Shown: positions 62,096 to 64,000 of the stretch, one piece after another
How positions within the stretch are numbered: the first letter of the stretch is position 1
Layout of the letters: each line of letters starts with the position of its first letter
Origin: an uncultured Poribacteria bacterium
Lineage (GTDB): Bacteria; Poribacteria; WGA-4E; WGA-3G
DNA: 64,000 bases
Assembly: GCA_951813565.1 (NCBI GenBank)
Contig: OX638351.1
Location: forward strand, 3,072,001-3,136,000
Reading direction: 5' to 3'
The notes under the pieces: model-generated
Seen by the model: only the letters and a program-made list of their open reading frames with translations
Database searches by the model: none
What the model was told of the DNA's origin: nothing
Program-made: the position numbers and the translations under genes

Positions 62096-62629
62096 ATGAC
62101 ACAGCAAAACGATCCAGCACAACAGAAAGATCCAACACAACAAAACGATCCAGCACAAACCCTTGAAGCCACAACGTTGCGTGAGAGGTTTCAAGGTCCT
62201 GTGCTGCTCGTAACTTATGACGGTATCAAAAAGGTAAATATCACAGAAATAGAGAAATATGAGATCCATACATCTACAGGTTCGTTCACCAAAATAGATA
62301 TTCTCTTCTGTCTGATGCCAGAATCCGCGGATGAATTAGGAAACGCTTTGCGGATAAACAAAGAAGTTGAAGCCGAAAAACTCCGAACCGATAAAGATCC
62401 ACATAAACGACCAAAAATCATCGGGAAACGCCCTATGCGCAAGTTGGTACAGAAAAACGTCAAGGTGACATTCCGAAACGGGCACATCCTTTACGGTATA
62501 CCGATAGAATACAATGAATATAACTTTACAATGAATGTAAATAACCAGATGATACTCGTCTATAGACACGCTATCTATCAGTTCGAGATCGCCAATCCAA
62601 AAAAGGATAAATCGACAGATACAAATTAA
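62096..62629 (+). CDS. Hfq/Sm-like domain protein, 177 aa
   Basis: C-terminal VKVTFRNGHILYG..YNEY..LVYRHAI fits Sm1/Sm2; GGAGG RBS before ATG 62096. Confidence 0.7.
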   Translation: MTQQNDPAQQKDPTQQNDPAQTLEATTLRERFQGPVLLVTYDGIKKVNITEIEKYEIHTSTGSFTKIDILFCLMPESADELGNALRINKEVEAEKLRTDKDPHKRPKIIGKRPMRKLVQKNVKVTFRNGHILYGIPIEYNEYNFTMNVNNQMILVYRHAIYQFEIANPKKDKSTDTN

Positions 62630-62818
62630 GAAAGCACGCTCCTTAGCCAGCAAAAATAGAATATATTTTAGATTGGCACAGAATTTGCTTTAGTTTTAAT
62701 GTAAGTTAGACTAAACCTATAGGTTGGGTTGAACGGACACTTATTTTACGTGTTAGGTTTTGAAACTCAACCTAACCTACGCGCTGCTTTTTCTAAATTC
62801 AACCAAAGGAGCTGTCCA

Positions 62819-63715
62819 ATGGAAACCGAACAGAAATATCGTCCTGCACCACCCGGATTCACATCGGAACAGTGGGATACTTTTAACGAAGACGGCATCA
62901 TCTTTATTGAAGATGCTATCTCCGATGAAGACATTGGGACCTATAAACATGCGATAGATCGCGCCGCTGCGACCAATCCGAAATATAAGCCAGGCGGCTA
63001 CCTCGGCATGGAGAACATTGTTGAACGCGATCCTGTTTTTACCAGCTTGATTGATCACGAGCGGCATGTCGGTTATGCCTACGATCTTTTCGGTGAACTC
63101 CTCAAACTGCATCAGAGCCAATTTTTTCTTCGACCACCCGGTGGTAAACAATACAATATCTGGCATCCGGATGGTGCACGCGCGCTGCCCTACGGCGTGT
63201 TTTCACCTCAATTACCGTTGCAAATCAAAATCGGGTATTGGTTGACGGACTTACCGCATGAGAAGATGGGCAATCTCGTTGTGCTACCGGGAAGCCACCG
63301 TCAGCAGTATATGGACGGATACGATACCCACAACAGCGTTTCGGGAGAGATGATTGTCTGTCCTCGTAAAGGCACAATGACGGTGATGCACTCCAGCATT
63401 TGGCATCGCGTAGAACCGAACGAAAGCGATGTAGTGCGCTACAACATCTTCGTGGCGTATTGTCCGTCATGGGTTACATCTGCGGATCGATTCCACTCCT
63501 CCCCAAAATGGTTAGAGACGCTCAATCGTGAACAGCGCATCATCATGCGGAGTTATAGCCACGCGTATCACAACGCGAAACCGCCCGCGTCCGAATTTCC
63601 ACTATTTTTAGACCGTGAAACAGGTGCCGATGCAGATGCAGGGACATATTTGGATCACGTTCAATTACACAGACGAAAACGGCAGACAATGCATGAACGT
63701 ATTGCAGAAATATAA
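62819..63715 (+). CDS. PhyH family dioxygenase
   Basis: WHPD, WLTD..GNL..LPGSH, IWH; AAGGAG RBS before ATG 62819. Confidence 0.88.
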   Translation: METEQKYRPAPPGFTSEQWDTFNEDGIIFIEDAISDEDIGTYKHAIDRAAATNPKYKPGGYLGMENIVERDPVFTSLIDHERHVGYAYDLFGELLKLHQSQFFLRPPGGKQYNIWHPDGARALPYGVFSPQLPLQIKIGYWLTDLPHEKMGNLVVLPGSHRQQYMDGYDTHNSVSGEMIVCPRKGTMTVMHSSIWHRVEPNESDVVRYNIFVAYCPSWVTSADRFHSSPKWLETLNREQRIIMRSYSHAYHNAKPPASEFPLFLDRETGADADAGTYLDHVQLHRRKRQTMHERIAEI

Positions 63716-63726
63716 GGCTAATCTAA

Positions 63727-64000
63727 ATGAAAAATCTGTTCCTTAAAGACATGCGTTATCGCCAAGCACGTGTTGTACTAACAGCACTTGGTATCACCGT
63801 GCTGATTTCGCTGATTCTGTTGTTAGGCGGTATTATGAACGGCATGCGTATACAAGCACAGCAATATGTGAAATCTACAGGTGCGGACATTTGGATTTCT
63901 GCCGAAGGCTCTGGCGGTGCTTTCATTGGGTTTTCACTACTTGATGAGGAACACATGGCATTTCTTAAGGCATCGCCAGGATTAGTTCCCGACTCTGCCT
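63727..64000 (+). CDS. ABC transporter permease (FtsX/MacB-like), N-terminal part, runs off the window
   Basis: MKNLFLKDMRYRQARVVLTALGITVLISL..GIMNG..GADIWI, read directly from the sequence. Confidence 0.75.
   Translation, partial: MKNLFLKDMRYRQARVVLTALGITVLISLILLLGGIMNGMRIQAQQYVKSTGADIWISAEGSGGAFIGFSLLDEEHMAFLKASPGLVPDSA

Noticed and set aside
1..64000. tRNA, rRNA or riboswitch
   Set aside because: None was recognised by eye; a covariance-model search would be needed to exclude them.

Overview
Bacterial genomic window that looks like Candidatus Poribacteria (inferred from four PhyH dioxygenases, lamin-tail/CotH surface proteins, a Uma2 gene and dense palindromic repeats; taxonomy not verified). 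The standout is a four-gene RAMP operon at 640-5421, between hisC and ispG. It encodes an HD-domain large subunit, a Cas11-like small subunit, a Csf2/Cas7-like backbone and a Csf3/Cas5-like protein. This resembles a type IV-C CRISPR-Cas effector, but no CRISPR array, cas6, cas1/cas2, dinG or cysH is visible in the window. The rest is housekeeping (ispG, uppP, rpsU, rph, rdgB, efp, accBC, pncB), a glycosylation cluster, a multicopper oxidase next to an Fe3+ ABC transporter, ECF sigma and partner-switching modules, and secreted proteins. Intergenic DNA carries layered mobile DNA: a Y1 transposase flanked by REP-like hairpins, two MITE families carrying variable REP cargo, a 34-36 nt hairpin inserted into other elements, and an ISAs1 relic. 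There are also serial copies of the pncB 3' end, an Hfq-like protein, a standalone dsRBD protein and six tandem sigma70-like promoters. All product calls come from motif recognition by eye, not database searches.
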